From Candidatus Bathyarchaeota archaeon (GTDB lineage Archaea > Thermoproteota > Bathyarchaeia > Bathyarchaeales > Bathycorpusculaceae), in the NCBI GenBank assembly GCA_963826715.1, contig CAWGYA010000008.1, positions 384,001 through 448,000 on the forward strand: 64,000 nt of DNA. Direction: 5' to 3'. The position numbers and the translations under genes are program-made. Below the pieces are notes generated by a model. It made no database searches and had not been told where the DNA came from. It saw nothing but the letters and a program-made list of their open reading frames with translations. Positions 21,101 to 31,873 of this stretch are shown here, in pieces; the first letter of the stretch is position 1, and the number at the start of each line of letters is the position of its first letter.

Positions 21101-21322
21101 ATGACTGAATTAGAAATAGCTGTAGCTCCCATGCATAGATTATGTAAAAAAGCAGGTGCAGATAGAGTGAGCGAAGCAGCAGCAAAAGAATTAGCAAAAG
21201 CGTTGGAAGAAATTGGCATAAAAATAGCCAAAGAATCATTAGATTTTGCGATGCACGCCGGAAGAAAAACGATCAAAGCAGAAGATATTGAAATAGCCGC
21301 AAGAAAAATTATGGGAAAATAA
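21101..21322 (+). CDS. Archaeal histone
   Basis: [15 protein letters not shown]...[12 protein letters not shown] histone fold. Confidence 0.96.
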   Translation: MTELEIAVAPMHRLCKKAGADRVSEAAAKELAKALEEIGIKIAKESLDFAMHAGRKTIKAEDIEIAARKIMGK

Positions 21323-21575
21323 TCAGCAATAAGCTTTTATTTCCCTTTCCTTCTTTTTGAACTATCTAGCAACGCGTATTTCCAATAGCATTTCTTTTAA
21401 TAGCATAATTGGTTTATTGCTTTTTTATCGCTTCACTATAGGTTCCTGCTACTCCTGTCGACCATGTATCTACTAATATACAAACCCAAACCGATGTTAA
21501 ATCTGCTATTTCTTCGGACACGGCAAGATTAAAAGGGAGCCAGTCACACATTTAGCGTATCCACGGTGAAGCGTT

Positions 21576-21944
21576 ATGAAAGAAAATGGTGTTACGGTCA
21601 GCTATGAACCTTTCAAAGAAATCGTAATCATGGAGAAAACTCGATTCAGTAGTCCTGAAGAAATAGCACGCTTTACCTCAGTCATTGCAGGGGGGAAATT
21701 GGCAGGGCTTTATTGGGTTGACGGAGTTGTTTTCCTCTATTTTCCGCTTTCTGCATCAAATACTGCGGTTGCCCGGGAACTCCTCGAAAAGCGTCGGGTC
21801 TACTGGACCTTTGTTGGTTTTGCGCCAATGCAAAAGTATTTGCAGGTGATTGAAACCAAAGAGAAAATTATCGTGCCAGTCGTAGACATTTCAGCCGACT
21901 CAACCCTTAAGTCGGTTGCAACATGGTTAAAAGAGCAGTTTTGA
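21576..21944 (+). CDS. Conserved archaeal hypothetical protein
   Basis: GGTGA SD, coherent ORF, LYWVDGVVF motif. Confidence 0.75.
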   Translation: MKENGVTVSYEPFKEIVIMEKTRFSSPEEIARFTSVIAGGKLAGLYWVDGVVFLYFPLSASNTAVARELLEKRRVYWTFVGFAPMQKYLQVIETKEKIIVPVVDISADSTLKSVATWLKEQF

Positions 21945-21948
21945 AGGT

Positions 21949-22350
21949 GTGAAGGGTCAGGTTTTGGAGCGGGTGACCTTTGTCGGCACAGTTTTTTCTG
22001 GCAAAGGCGAAGGCAAACGTTTCGTAGATTTACAGTGGGTTAAGGTTCAAATACAAGAAAAACTTGGATTCTTGCCCTATGCGGGAACCCTAAACATATA
22101 TCTCACGGCAGAAAGCATAGAAAAACGCAAATTGCTTTCACAATCAATGGGTATTTTGATTGAGCCACAAGCGGGCTTTTGTCCTGGAATCCTCTTTAAA
22201 GCATCAATCGGTAAAGAAAGATGCGCAGTTGTGCTCCCCAAAACCCCCAGTTACCCAAATCATGTTTTAGAAGTGATCTCCCCAGTTTATTTGAGGGAGA
22301 AAATGGAGTTAGCGGATGGCAACGCCGTATCAGTCACGGTTATGGCTTAG
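21949..22350 (+). CDS. ribK: CTP-dependent riboflavin kinase (DUF120)
   Basis: SGKGEG..F, LGFLPYAGTLN, LEVISPVYLR. Confidence 0.9.
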   Translation: MKGQVLERVTFVGTVFSGKGEGKRFVDLQWVKVQIQEKLGFLPYAGTLNIYLTAESIEKRKLLSQSMGILIEPQAGFCPGILFKASIGKERCAVVLPKTPSYPNHVLEVISPVYLREKMELADGNAVSVTVMA

Positions 22351-23839
22351 GTTTGCGGCTTTCGCGGAATTTAGCTATATATTCTTCTGCGCATCGGTTC
22401 CGTTTAAGGTATTCACCATAAGATACCAGTGCTTTCATGGCTCGAGCAGCGTCTTCAGGAGATTCGAAACTTGGTACGCCAAGTCTGTCAAAACGGCTGC
22501 GTGTATAAAGCGCCATTTCTGTTGCCCCGATGTCACACATTACTATTGGTTTGGAGTAATTGAGACTGATTTTGACTATGCCGTCAATATATTTTTCGCG
22601 TAATCCCGGCATATGGTGGAGACCGAGTAATATGATTCCAGAGATGTGAGGGTCTTGAAACATCAGGTCAGCGGATATCTCGAACATGTCGTCTGTTACT
22701 GAGCCTGTAAGGTCCACGGGGTTATGGGTTGCGGCGATTTTCAGAATAATGTTTTTGTTTTTTAGCTCCTCGAATTTGCGATCAGTCTCTTCGGAGAAGC
22801 GTTCCACAGTTAAACCCAAAAGTTCTAGTTCATCAACTGTCATAACTCCTGGTCCGCCGGCGTCGGTGAGTATACCGATGTTCCTACCCATCGCTGGTGG
22901 TTGCATAGCAAGCGCTTTGCCGATGTCAAAAAATTCTTCCATGTCTCGGGCGCGAATTATTCCACCTTGTTCGAAGGCAGCATCATATATTTTGTCTGAG
23001 CCTGCAATGGCACCCGTGTGTGAAGCCGCAGCTCTTGCGCCTGCTGCACTGCGCCCTGACTTAATGATTACCACAGGTTTTTTAATGGTGACTTTCTTAG
23101 CGATTTTAAGGAACTCTCGTCCAGACTTGACGTCTTCAAGATATACGAGAACAACTTTGGTTTCATTATCATGAAGAAGGTAATGCAGTATATCAGATTC
23201 ACTGACATCGCTTTTGTTACCGAAACTCACGAATTTGCTCACACCCATCTGACGACCCGTTAAGTAGTCGAGCGCAGCGACACCAAAGGCACCACTCTGA
23301 GTAACCATAGCAATGTTTCCGGGAAGGGGTCTTGGGGTAGCAACGACATCTTCGCCTGTAGTAAGTACTTTGGTTTCTGGCAAAAACAGGGTATCGATAC
23401 CTGTTTTGGAGTAGTAAACCCCCAAACAGTTAGGACCCAGCACACGTATTCCGCCTTTGGCGGCCGTGGCGATAACTTGCGCTTCTAGGTCTTTGTTACC
23501 AACTTCCTTAAATCCTGAGCTGATAATAATTGCCGTCTTAACTTTTTTTGTTACAGCCTCTTCCATGACTGAAGGTACAATTTTAGCTGGAACAATAACT
23601 ACGATTAACTCAACTTCGCCCGGAATTTTGCTCAGTGCTTTGAAGCATTTAAAACCTAAAATGGAATCTTCATTTGGGTTAACAGGGTAGAGTTCGCCTT
23701 TGAAGACGCCACGTTCTTTGTTGGTGGCTAGGTTTTTGAAAATGACATGCCCTGCTTTATCAACTTTTTTAGTTGCGCCGATAACCGCGACTGAATTTGG
23801 GTTGAAGAAAGCATCTAACTTCAGGAGTTCTTTGTCCAT
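22340..23839 (-). CDS. acdA: ADP-forming acetate/acyl-CoA ligase alpha subunit
   Basis: SVAVIGA, GPNCLG, QSGA, SHTGAIAG (phospho-His), NPVDLTG; no fused beta domain. Confidence 0.9.
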   Translation of the reverse strand: MDKELLKLDAFFNPNSVAVIGATKKVDKAGHVIFKNLATNKERGVFKGELYPVNPNEDSILGFKCFKALSKIPGEVELIVVIVPAKIVPSVMEEAVTKKVKTAIIISSGFKEVGNKDLEAQVIATAAKGGIRVLGPNCLGVYYSKTGIDTLFLPETKVLTTGEDVVATPRPLPGNIAMVTQSGAFGVAALDYLTGRQMGVSKFVSFGNKSDVSESDILHYLLHDNETKVVLVYLEDVKSGREFLKIAKKVTIKKPVVIIKSGRSAAGARAAASHTGAIAGSDKIYDAAFEQGGIIRARDMEEFFDIGKALAMQPPAMGRNIGILTDAGGPGVMTVDELELLGLTVERFSEETDRKFEELKNKNIILKIAATHNPVDLTGSVTDDMFEISADLMFQDPHISGIILLGLHHMPGLREKYIDGIVKISLNYSKPIVMCDIGATEMALYTRSRFDRLGVPSFESPEDAARAMKALVSYGEYLKRNRCAEEYIAKFRESRKPKP

Positions 23840-23948
23840 ACCTATCCCATCTTTCCGCTTAGTGCGTCTAAGTCACATTTTTATGTGTTTACTCTCTAAA
23901 AGTCCTTTCCTGACTTAGGTTTTATTTGTTTTCGAGCGCTTTTAACTT

Positions 23949-24791
23949 TTAACCGGTTTTTCTTACCAAAACAAGAGGCTTGTGCGTCACTCCAGAAAGC
24001 ATCTCCCATGTCACCATGTCTAGATCCACATTGAATCGAGCCGCCATATCCCATACGGTGGCACCTGAACCTACTCCCCTCGCGCGGTCAGCAATGTTGG
24101 TTAATGTTAAAGCGTGAGTTGCCGATAGGTCGCATCCAGCAACCGCCAGTGGTGTAGAGCTCCTCTTAAGCCCAAGTATTCTACCTAAAACGTATGTAAC
24201 GACTCCACCAAAGCAGTGAATGCCTTTGAGTGAATTGGGGCGGGGTGTGAAGTAGAAGTTGTAGAATCTATAGGTTTTGTCGGTGTCGGCAACAATTACA
24301 TTGATGTTTCTATCTAGTCGAGTTTGGATGTGGGTTTGGATTTTCTTTGCGAATTCGCATGCATCCTGTAGGGGTAAGCTCACATAGGTGTAAGCAAGAT
24401 TTGAGCCATCAATACCACCTTCAGAGCCGAACATTAGCGCCTGCAGCAGACCTGACCGCTCCAGCACAAGTTGTTTGTGGCGGCTTCCAGATTCCAATGG
24501 ATAACTACGTAGACGCTTCAATAGTCGCTGCCCAAACCCGCAGAGAAAACCCAAATTGTAACCCCAGATTATTCTCATCCAAAAATCCGCAATGAATTTG
24601 GCGTTTCGGCTCGCAACAACTTTGCGCTCTTCCACAATGTTCCCTATCGCTACCGACAACGCCTTTTCAGAAATCACTACAAAATCGCCACTTCGAATTC
24701 GATCTTTCAATGCAACCTCTATACAATTAAGGTAGTTTTCGTTTGGTTTCCAGTAGCTGGTTACAACTGCCAAGGCTTGGTATTTTGCCAT
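23949..24791 (-). CDS. CofE-like gamma-glutamyl ligase family protein
   Basis: DFVVISEKALS, GGIDGSN and ADTDKT motifs. Confidence 0.75.
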   Translation of the reverse strand: MAKYQALAVVTSYWKPNENYLNCIEVALKDRIRSGDFVVISEKALSVAIGNIVEERKVVASRNAKFIADFWMRIIWGYNLGFLCGFGQRLLKRLRSYPLESGSRHKQLVLERSGLLQALMFGSEGGIDGSNLAYTYVSLPLQDACEFAKKIQTHIQTRLDRNINVIVADTDKTYRFYNFYFTPRPNSLKGIHCFGGVVTYVLGRILGLKRSSTPLAVAGCDLSATHALTLTNIADRARGVGSGATVWDMAARFNVDLDMVTWEMLSGVTHKPLVLVRKTG

Positions 24792-24949
24792 CTACTTAGC
24801 ACTCTAAATGCACATCTTCTGCTTGCCTAATAAAACTGGTTACTTATGAAGGACGTTTGAGGGTGATTGATACCAAAATCGTAATCTACCTATTCTATCG
24901 ACAGCGAAACAGGTATTACTAAAATTGCAGCAGTTATTGTTAACCAATA

Positions 24950-24979
24950 GTAGATTAAACATGTAACTGTTTAATCTAC
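24950..24979. repeat. Perfect 12-bp inverted repeat
   Basis: GTAGATTAAACA-tgtaac-TGTTTAATCTAC. Confidence 0.85.
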
Positions 24980-25002
24980 GAGTGGTATTTGGGTCGTTCC
25001 TA

Positions 25003-26058
25003 CTAGAACAACGAGTAGGGAAAGCGTTGGCTGTTTTCGTATAATTTACCTTTTATGGGGATTTGGTGTCCACATACGGGACATCGCATGTCGTCGGCGA
25101 GGTTCCACTGAGTGATTTCGAAGCTGGAGCGTCTAATAACTGGGGTGTCACAGTTGGGGCAAATTGTGTTCTCCGCGGGGTGACCGGGAACATTACCAAT
25201 ATAGACGTAATTTAATCCCTGGTTTTTGGCTGTGAGGTAGGCCTGCTCCATTTGCTGCACAGAAGTAGCGGGAATCGTGGACATTTTATATTCAGGATGA
25301 AACCGCAACAGATGAAATGGCGTGTCAGGTCCCAAATAATTCTTAATCCATTTAGACAATTCGCGAAGTCTATCCATGGAGTCGCCACCCTTAGGCACGA
25401 TAAGGTTTGTGAGTTCGATGTGGACTCCACTGAGTTTGAGTTCTTTTAGTGTTTCATAGATAGGAGCAACATCAGGGACGCCCATGACAGTACGGTAGAA
25501 ATCGGGATCAGCAGCACCTTTGAAATCCACGGTAGCAGCATCAAGATAGGGCGCAATTGTTTTGACTGCTTCAGACGTCATGTAACCATTTGTCACAAAA
25601 GTGTTAAACAACCCAGCTTTTTTGGCGAGTTGAGCGGTATCATAGGCGTATTCCATGAAGATAGTGGGTTCAGTGTATGTGTAGCTTATTCCCTGGCAGT
25701 CGGCATTCTGGGCTGACCTTACTACTTCTTCTGGCGGGAAGGGTTTACCTGTAATTTCATGGTCTTGACTTATCATCCAGTTATCGCAGAATTGACAACG
25801 AAAGTTACAGCCTGCTGCAGCGATCGACAGTACCAAAGCGCCGGGGTTAAAATGTGAGAGTGGTTTTTTGCTAATTGGGTCGACGCCTGCGGAGACGGCC
25901 TTGGCGTAGTTTAGAGTGTAGAGGGTGCCACCTTCGTTTTTGCGAACCAAACAGAAACCGGGGGCGTTTTCGCTTATTTTGCATCGGCGTGCACATAGGC
26001 AGCATGTAACTTTGAGATCTTTTTCGCGGTTGTAAAGCATTGCTTCATGAAGAGACAT
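25003..26058 (-). CDS. AmmeMemoRadiSam system radical SAM enzyme
   Basis: C..C...C N-terminus, DPISKKPL.HF.PG, CNFRCQFC.NW.ISQ, YTYTEP, YIGNV. Confidence 0.9.
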   Translation of the reverse strand: MSLHEAMLYNREKDLKVTCCLCARRCKISENAPGFCLVRKNEGGTLYTLNYAKAVSAGVDPISKKPLSHFNPGALVLSIAAAGCNFRCQFCDNWMISQDHEITGKPFPPEEVVRSAQNADCQGISYTYTEPTIFMEYAYDTAQLAKKAGLFNTFVTNGYMTSEAVKTIAPYLDAATVDFKGAADPDFYRTVMGVPDVAPIYETLKELKLSGVHIELTNLIVPKGGDSMDRLRELSKWIKNYLGPDTPFHLLRFHPEYKMSTIPATSVQQMEQAYLTAKNQGLNYVYIGNVPGHPAENTICPNCDTPVIRRSSFEITQWNLADDMRCPVCGHQIPIKGKLYENSQRFPYSLF

Positions 26059-26407
26059 AATAATCCACTAGATAATAGAAGAGGTTTTGTTTAAAAGTAT
26101 TAACTAAAGACTTTGGTGGTTGGTGTGGGTATCTTTTTGATATAGCCGAGATATGTGGCTTTTGCGTTTCTATAATTAAGGAGCTAAAAATAAGCCAAAT
26201 TCACTCACCATTGATCATCCAATTCAAAGTGAAACTTGCTTATCCATTGACGATCAAATCCAAAAAGATAGTTTAGTACAACCTTAAAGATCCAATGATA
26301 GCGTCAAAATCAAGTTAGACTGATAGAGCTCTCCAGATTGAATTCACCCAGGCATAGAAAAAACTAAAAACAAAAAATTGGGAAAAATTTTCTTAATTTG
26401 AATGCTC

Positions 26408-26740
26408 TTAGAGCATTTTGTTAAAAAAACAGCTGTATTGCCCTGTGTGGCATGCGGGACCCATCTGTTCAACCAAGTAAAGCAGTGAGTCGTAATCACA
26501 ATCGGTTGCGACAGACACAACTTTTTGTGTATTACCCGACGTTTCGCCTTTCACCCAAAGTTCGTTACGACTCCGACTCCAATATGTGGCTTTTTTGGTT
26601 TTCAGAGTGAGTTCTACTGCTTCTCGGTTGGCATATGCTTGCATGAGAACTTCTTTGGTTTTAACATCTTGGGTTATGACTGGGATGAGCCCATTGCCCT
26701 TAACAAAATCCAGTTTAGTGAGCAAAATATTAGTGGTCAT
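26408..26740 (-). CDS. hisI: Phosphoribosyl-AMP cyclohydrolase
   Basis: [28 protein letters not shown]. Confidence 0.96.
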   Translation of the reverse strand: MTTNILLTKLDFVKGNGLIPVITQDVKTKEVLMQAYANREAVELTLKTKKATYWSRSRNELWVKGETSGNTQKVVSVATDCDYDSLLYLVEQMGPACHTGQYSCFFNKML

Positions 26741-27540
26741 GTTCTGATAGTCACCCCCATCTTTCGTAAGTAATCCTTTACAACTTTAACAGGGTAACTG
26801 TTGTAATGGAAAATAGATGCAGCCAATGCCGCATCGGCTTTGCCTTCGGTAAATACATCTAAGAGGTGTTTTGGTTCGCCAGCGCCGCCACTAGCAATTA
26901 TGGGGACGTTGACACTCTCGCTAATGGCGCGAGTTAGTTCGATATCGTATCCGTCTTTTGTGCCGTCGCGATCCATAGAAGTTACTAAGAACTCACCGGC
27001 GCCTAGCTTCTCAGCTTGCATTGCCCAAGCGAGAGCGTCTATACCTGTGGGTTTTCTGCCGCCGTAGGTGACCACTTCAAACCAGAGGTTCCCCTCAGCC
27101 GTATCAACAATGATTTTACCTTCGGTTTGGGAGTGGTTTCGTTTGGCATCTATTGCGCAAACTACACATTGCCGACCGAAAATGCCGGATAACTCCGTTA
27201 TTAGATCGGGTTTCTCGACTGCCGCTGTGTTAACTGAAACTTTATCAGCACCACTACAAAGAACCAGTCTTGCGTCCGAGACGCTACGGATACCGCCTCC
27301 GACAGTAAAGGGTATACTGATTGCTTTAGCAACGCCTTCTACATACTTGCGCATGATGTCGCGTTTCTCGCTTGAGGCAGTTATATCCAGGAAAACAAGT
27401 TCGTCGGCGCCATCGTCGCTATAGCGCTGAGCCAACTCGACGGGATCGCCTGCACATTTAGGGTTGACAAAATTTACGCATTTTACAACTTTGCCATGGT
27501 CAACATCAAGGCATGGCACGATTCTCTTGGCAAGAGGCAT
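26737..27540 (-). CDS. hisF: IGP synthase cyclase subunit
   Basis: [26 protein letters not shown]. Confidence 0.97.
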   Translation of the reverse strand: MPLAKRIVPCLDVDHGKVVKCVNFVNPKCAGDPVELAQRYSDDGADELVFLDITASSEKRDIMRKYVEGVAKAISIPFTVGGGIRSVSDARLVLCSGADKVSVNTAAVEKPDLITELSGIFGRQCVVCAIDAKRNHSQTEGKIIVDTAEGNLWFEVVTYGGRKPTGIDALAWAMQAEKLGAGEFLVTSMDRDGTKDGYDIELTRAISESVNVPIIASGGAGEPKHLLDVFTEGKADAALAASIFHYNSYPVKVVKDYLRKMGVTIRT

Positions 27541-27542
27541 AT

Positions 27543-28268
27543 TTAATCTCCTATCTTCTCGAGTGCTTCAACTAAGGTGAAGCGCCCCTCATATAGGGCT
27601 TTACCAATAACTGCACCATTGCAACCTATTTCGTTGAGAGCAGCTAAGTCACCAATTGTACCTATACCACCAGCTGCTATAATTTTAGCATCAGGATATT
27701 GGACTGCAGCACTAAGGGTTTGCAAGTCTGGACCTGTGAGCATGCCATCCTGAACAATAGAGGTAACCAAGAATGTTTGTACTCCAAGATGAGAGTATTT
27801 TTCAAGCGCCATATCAACGTTCATAGGAGTTTCTGTCTGCCAACCCTCTACCATGACATGACCTTCTCGGTTGTCGAGGGCAACGATTACTGAATCTTTT
27901 CCGAATCGTTTCTGGATTTTTTCGATAACAGATGGGGCACTAAATGCTAGGGCGCCTAGGATAACTTGGGCTACGCCTGTTTGGAGTAGTTTCTCAGCAG
28001 TTTCATAGCTTCGGATACCCCCACCGACCTGAATAGGAAGTGAAATGTTTTTTGCTATTTCAGCGATGATACTACGATTGTCGCCTATGCCAAAAGCTGC
28101 GTCTAAGTCGATTATGTGAAGTTTGCCCGCTCCCTCATCACGCCAACGTTGGGCGGCTTCGAGAGGGGTACCGAATTGGGCGGTATAGGTTTTGGCGGTT
28201 TCTGCTTGACCCTTGGTTAGCCTTACGATTTCTTTGCTCATTAAATCGATTGCGGGAATAAGCTGCAT
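27543..28268 (-). CDS. hisA: ProFAR isomerase
   Basis: IPAIDL, HIIDLDAA, QVGGGIR, GKALY. Confidence 0.95.
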   Translation of the reverse strand: MQLIPAIDLMSKEIVRLTKGQAETAKTYTAQFGTPLEAAQRWRDEGAGKLHIIDLDAAFGIGDNRSIIAEIAKNISLPIQVGGGIRSYETAEKLLQTGVAQVILGALAFSAPSVIEKIQKRFGKDSVIVALDNREGHVMVEGWQTETPMNVDMALEKYSHLGVQTFLVTSIVQDGMLTGPDLQTLSAAVQYPDAKIIAAGGIGTIGDLAALNEIGCNGAVIGKALYEGRFTLVEALEKIGD

Positions 28269-28273
28269 TTCTA

Positions 28274-28879
28274 TCACCTAACTACTATTTTTGCAAAGTT
28301 TTTTAGAATCTGAAGACCGATATCTCCTGATTTTTCGGGGTGAAATTGGGTACCATAGATGTTTTTTTGAGCTACTGCGGAAGTGAAGGTTGTGCCATAA
28401 TCGGTTTTAGAGATTATGATAAGCGGATTTACCGGAACAGGGTAGAGGGAGTGCACGAAGTAAACAAATGCGCCTTCTGCAATGCCTTCCAAGAGCTCGT
28501 TTGGGCGCACGATGTTCAGAGTGTTCCAGCCCATGTGCGGCACCTTCACATTGCTCGGCAACTGAATGTTTCTGCCACCAAAAAAGCCTAAACCAAGACC
28601 GGGCCCTTCTTCGCTAGATTCAAAGAACAGTTGCAAGCCAAGACAGATTCCTAACAGAGGTACACCCTCGGAAACTTTGGTCTGTAAAGAGTCTCTTATA
28701 GTGCCGAGTCTTTCCAGAGAAGCAGTGAAGCTTCCGACCCCTGGTAATGCTATAGCATCAGCTTTAGCCAAATCTTTATCAGAAGTGCCGATGGATGTTG
28801 TCAAACCAACTTTCTCCAAAGCCGTTTTTAGGCTTAGCAGGTTCCCTACACCATAGTCAAAGATTACTGCGTTTGCCAC
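28274..28879 (-). CDS. hisH: IGP synthase glutaminase subunit
   Basis: DYGVGNL, PGVG, GICLG, PHMGWN, QFHPEKS. Confidence 0.97.
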   Translation of the reverse strand: MANAVIFDYGVGNLLSLKTALEKVGLTTSIGTSDKDLAKADAIALPGVGSFTASLERLGTIRDSLQTKVSEGVPLLGICLGLQLFFESSEEGPGLGLGFFGGRNIQLPSNVKVPHMGWNTLNIVRPNELLEGIAEGAFVYFVHSLYPVPVNPLIIISKTDYGTTFTSAVAQKNIYGTQFHPEKSGDIGLQILKNFAKIVVR

Positions 28880-28881
28880 TC

Positions 28882-29457
28882 TTAGATGACTCCTTTGGAG
28901 CTAGGGACACCTCTTCGTCGAGGATCAACAGTAGTAGCTTGGCGCAAGGAAAGTGCGAGGGCTTTGGTTGCAGCTTCTGCTTTGTGATGATCATTGTTGC
29001 CGTATTCCACAAATATGTGCACATTACCCTGTAGAGACTGGGTTAAGGACTCGAAGAAGTGCACTATGTCCTCGGTAGGCATATCTTCGACTTTTTTACC
29101 GCGGAGTTTGAGGTCGATTTTAAAGTAAGGACGCTTGACAAGATCAACACTTGCAAATGCGAGGGAGCAGTCCATTGGTGCAGCTGCGAAGCCGAAGCGA
29201 GTGATTCCTTCTCGGGTACCCAAGGCTTTGTTTAGTACATCACCTAAGCCTAATGCAAGGTCTTCGACGATGTGGTGAGCTAAGTCGCCTTTAACGTGAG
29301 CGTCTATATCGATTAGGCTATGAGTGGCTAATGAAGTGAGCATGTGACTAAGAAAAGGCACGGGAGTTTCTATGACAGCTTTTCCTTCACCGTCTATGTT
29401 CACTTTGATTTTTACTTCGGTTTCTTTGGTTTTACGGTAGACTTCTTCGATCCTCAT
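28882..29457 (-). CDS. hisB: Imidazoleglycerol-phosphate dehydratase
   Basis: RKTKET, HHIVED, NDHHKAEA, PSSKG. Confidence 0.96.
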   Translation of the reverse strand: MRIEEVYRKTKETEVKIKVNIDGEGKAVIETPVPFLSHMLTSLATHSLIDIDAHVKGDLAHHIVEDLALGLGDVLNKALGTREGITRFGFAAAPMDCSLAFASVDLVKRPYFKIDLKLRGKKVEDMPTEDIVHFFESLTQSLQGNVHIFVEYGNNDHHKAEAATKALALSLRQATTVDPRRRGVPSSKGVI

Positions 29458-30578
29458 TTACTATCACCTTGAATTTTCTTTAACGCCTCAATTAGCTTTG
29501 CGTTCATTTCAGGCAAACCCACTGTAACTCGGAAGCAGTTGGGGTATTGTAGGAGTTTACCCCATTTTTTGAGCATTATACCCTGTTCAAGCAACTTAGT
29601 GTAGACCTCATCGGCTGGTTTTACAGTGTTTATGAGAACAAAGTCTGCCTGTGAGGGAAACGCTTGAACGCCTTCTATTTGGTTGAGTTGCTTAATGAGC
29701 TTTCCTCGCTCTTTTAAAAGCTCCGAGACCGCAGTACTTTCAATATCCATATTTTCAAGCATCTTGATGCCCATTCGAACCGAAAATCCGCTTACAGGGT
29801 AAGGGAGGGGAGCCTTCTCGCGTAGCACATTGGCTATAGGGGGGTTTGCAACAGCGTAGCCTATCCTTAGCATTGCTAGCCCGAAGGCTTTGGAGAATGT
29901 GCGTAGGATAATCATATTTGGGAAGTCTCTAATGCGCGGTACAAAGCTGTAGTTAGCGAATTCTCCATAGGCTTCATCAAGTATAACGATACCCGGAAAT
30001 GCTTTGACTATTTTTTCGATGTCTTCAGGTTTCATTTGGTTTGAAGTAGGGTTGTTTGGGCTACAGAGGTAGAGCAGGCGGGTTTTTTCCGAGAACACCG
30101 ATAGCATACGCTCAACATCTAGTTGGAAATCAGCTTTCAGCGGCACCGTCATATATTCGCCTCCTTGGCGTTTCACGCATAGACGTGGAATAGCAAACGA
30201 GGGCACAAACGAGACTGCTATGTCGCCCTTTTCAACGAAGAGGCGTATTATTCGGTCAATCAACTCGTCACCCGCGTTGCCAACAATGAGGAAATCCATT
30301 GGCACACCCATATAACCAGTAAGTTTTTCCCGGAGTTTGGGTTCTTCATCGTCGGGATACATGCGCAAGTCGATTTCGTCGGCTACCTGTTTCACCAAAG
30401 ATATCTGCTTGGTGCGATCTACGAATAGATTTTCATTGAAATTGAGTTTTACGATTTGTGATTCTTCAACGCCGATCCGCTTAGCTAAGGTTTCTGGCGT
30501 GTCCCCTGAGCTATAGCAGTCAATAGTTTCTAGTTTTTTGAGCTTAGTTTTTATCCATTCTTGGTAAGACGAGCTCAT
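29454..30578 (-). CDS. hisC: Histidinol-phosphate aminotransferase
   Basis: KLNFNEN, PNNPT, DEAY.EF, RTFSKAFGLA. Start at ATG 30578 overlaps the hisD stop (ATGA). Confidence 0.94.
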   Translation of the reverse strand: MSSSYQEWIKTKLKKLETIDCYSSGDTPETLAKRIGVEESQIVKLNFNENLFVDRTKQISLVKQVADEIDLRMYPDDEEPKLREKLTGYMGVPMDFLIVGNAGDELIDRIIRLFVEKGDIAVSFVPSFAIPRLCVKRQGGEYMTVPLKADFQLDVERMLSVFSEKTRLLYLCSPNNPTSNQMKPEDIEKIVKAFPGIVILDEAYGEFANYSFVPRIRDFPNMIILRTFSKAFGLAMLRIGYAVANPPIANVLREKAPLPYPVSGFSVRMGIKMLENMDIESTAVSELLKERGKLIKQLNQIEGVQAFPSQADFVLINTVKPADEVYTKLLEQGIMLKKWGKLLQYPNCFRVTVGLPEMNAKLIEALKKIQGDSK

Positions 30579-31873
30579 TGAAACCGAGCCTCTATTGCTT
30601 TGTAATGATTGGGGAGATTTTCGGTGAGAGTTAGAACTTTTATTTGGCCCTTTGCTTTTTCTAGTCCATCTTGCGAGCATTCAACTATACTAACGCGTCG
30701 CATGAAATCGATCACAGATAACCCTGAGAATGACTGAGCAAATCCTCCTGTGGGTAGAACATGGTTGGTTCCACTGGCGTAGTCACTAAGAGCCACGGGA
30801 CTGTAGGGACCTATTAAAATTAAGCCTGCAACGATTTTTTGGATGAGTTCGTTGGCGTCCTTTGCCATGACTTCTAAGTGCTCAGCCGCGAATTGATTAG
30901 TTAATTTAACTGCTTCGTTCATATCTTTACAAATTATGATGAATCCATATTTGGATAGGGAATCAGCAACTTTTTCGCCTCGTGGTGCAGTAGCACCTAG
31001 CTTTATGAGGAACTCTTGAACCTGCTCTCCAAGTTTTCGTGAAGGCGTTATCAACCCCGCTACACTATCTGTACCATGTTCACTCTGAGAAATCATATCT
31101 GCCGCTATGAACATTGGATCAGCATATTGGTCGGCTAAAATGAGGACCTCGCTTGGACCCGCGGGCATATCGATTGCGACTTCCTGTGAGGCAATCACTT
31201 TTGCCTGAGTTACGTATTTGCTTCCCGGACCGACAATTTTACGCACTGACTTTATTGTTTCTGTACCGAATGCAAGGGCCGCGATGGCTTGGGCACCGCC
31301 AACTTTGTAAATTTCATCCACTCCGCATACGTCAGAAGCAACGAGAACGAGAGGGTTAACTTTACCTTCAGCATCTGAGGGAGAACAAACCACTATTCGA
31401 GAGACACCCGCAAGCTTTGCAACTAATGCCGTCATAACAACTGTACTTGGATAAGCCGCTTGTCCCCCTGGAACGTAACAACCAACACTTTCGATGGGAC
31501 GCAGTACGGTCTGAACCATAATGCCTTCGTTTAATGCTCTGACTGTTGTTTGACTTAGCAGTTGCTTCTGGAATACACTGACACGCTTCTTCATGAAGTC
31601 TATGGCAGCAACTTGCTCTTTAGTGACTCTGCTGTAAGCTTCCTTAATTTCCTCTGGGCTGGCTTTGAGAGTTAAGGATGTCAGGGGGGATTTGTCGAAT
31701 TTCATGGAAAAATCCAGAAGCGCTTTGTCACCTTCAGCTTTAACTTTGTTTATGATGACTTTCACATAAGCTTCAAGTTCGGCAGTGACTTTTTGATCTG
31801 TTTGCTGCCGCTTATACCAGTCAGCGGGTAAGTTTTTGGAATCCCAAACTTTTACGGTTGGTCCTTTCGACAT
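30575..31873 (-). CDS. hisD: Histidinol dehydrogenase
   Basis: YVPGG.A.YPS, GGAQAI, AGPSE, SQSEH, EHL, GTNHVLPT. Confidence 0.97.
   Translation of the reverse strand: MSKGPTVKVWDSKNLPADWYKRQQTDQKVTAELEAYVKVIINKVKAEGDKALLDFSMKFDKSPLTSLTLKASPEEIKEAYSRVTKEQVAAIDFMKKRVSVFQKQLLSQTTVRALNEGIMVQTVLRPIESVGCYVPGGQAAYPSTVVMTALVAKLAGVSRIVVCSPSDAEGKVNPLVLVASDVCGVDEIYKVGGAQAIAALAFGTETIKSVRKIVGPGSKYVTQAKVIASQEVAIDMPAGPSEVLILADQYADPMFIAADMISQSEHGTDSVAGLITPSRKLGEQVQEFLIKLGATAPRGEKVADSLSKYGFIIICKDMNEAVKLTNQFAAEHLEVMAKDANELIQKIVAGLILIGPYSPVALSDYASGTNHVLPTGGFAQSFSGLSVIDFMRRVSIVECSQDGLEKAKGQIKVLTLTENLPNHYKAIEARFQ

Noticed and set aside
21101-21322. Very A/purine-rich histone gene
   Set aside because: Largely explained by Lys/Glu/Ala content; too short to infer a foreign origin.
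26208-26265. Imperfect direct repeat CCATTGA..ATC.AA..CAAA
   Set aside because: Only two degenerate copies; not a CRISPR array and no start codon for the underlying frame.
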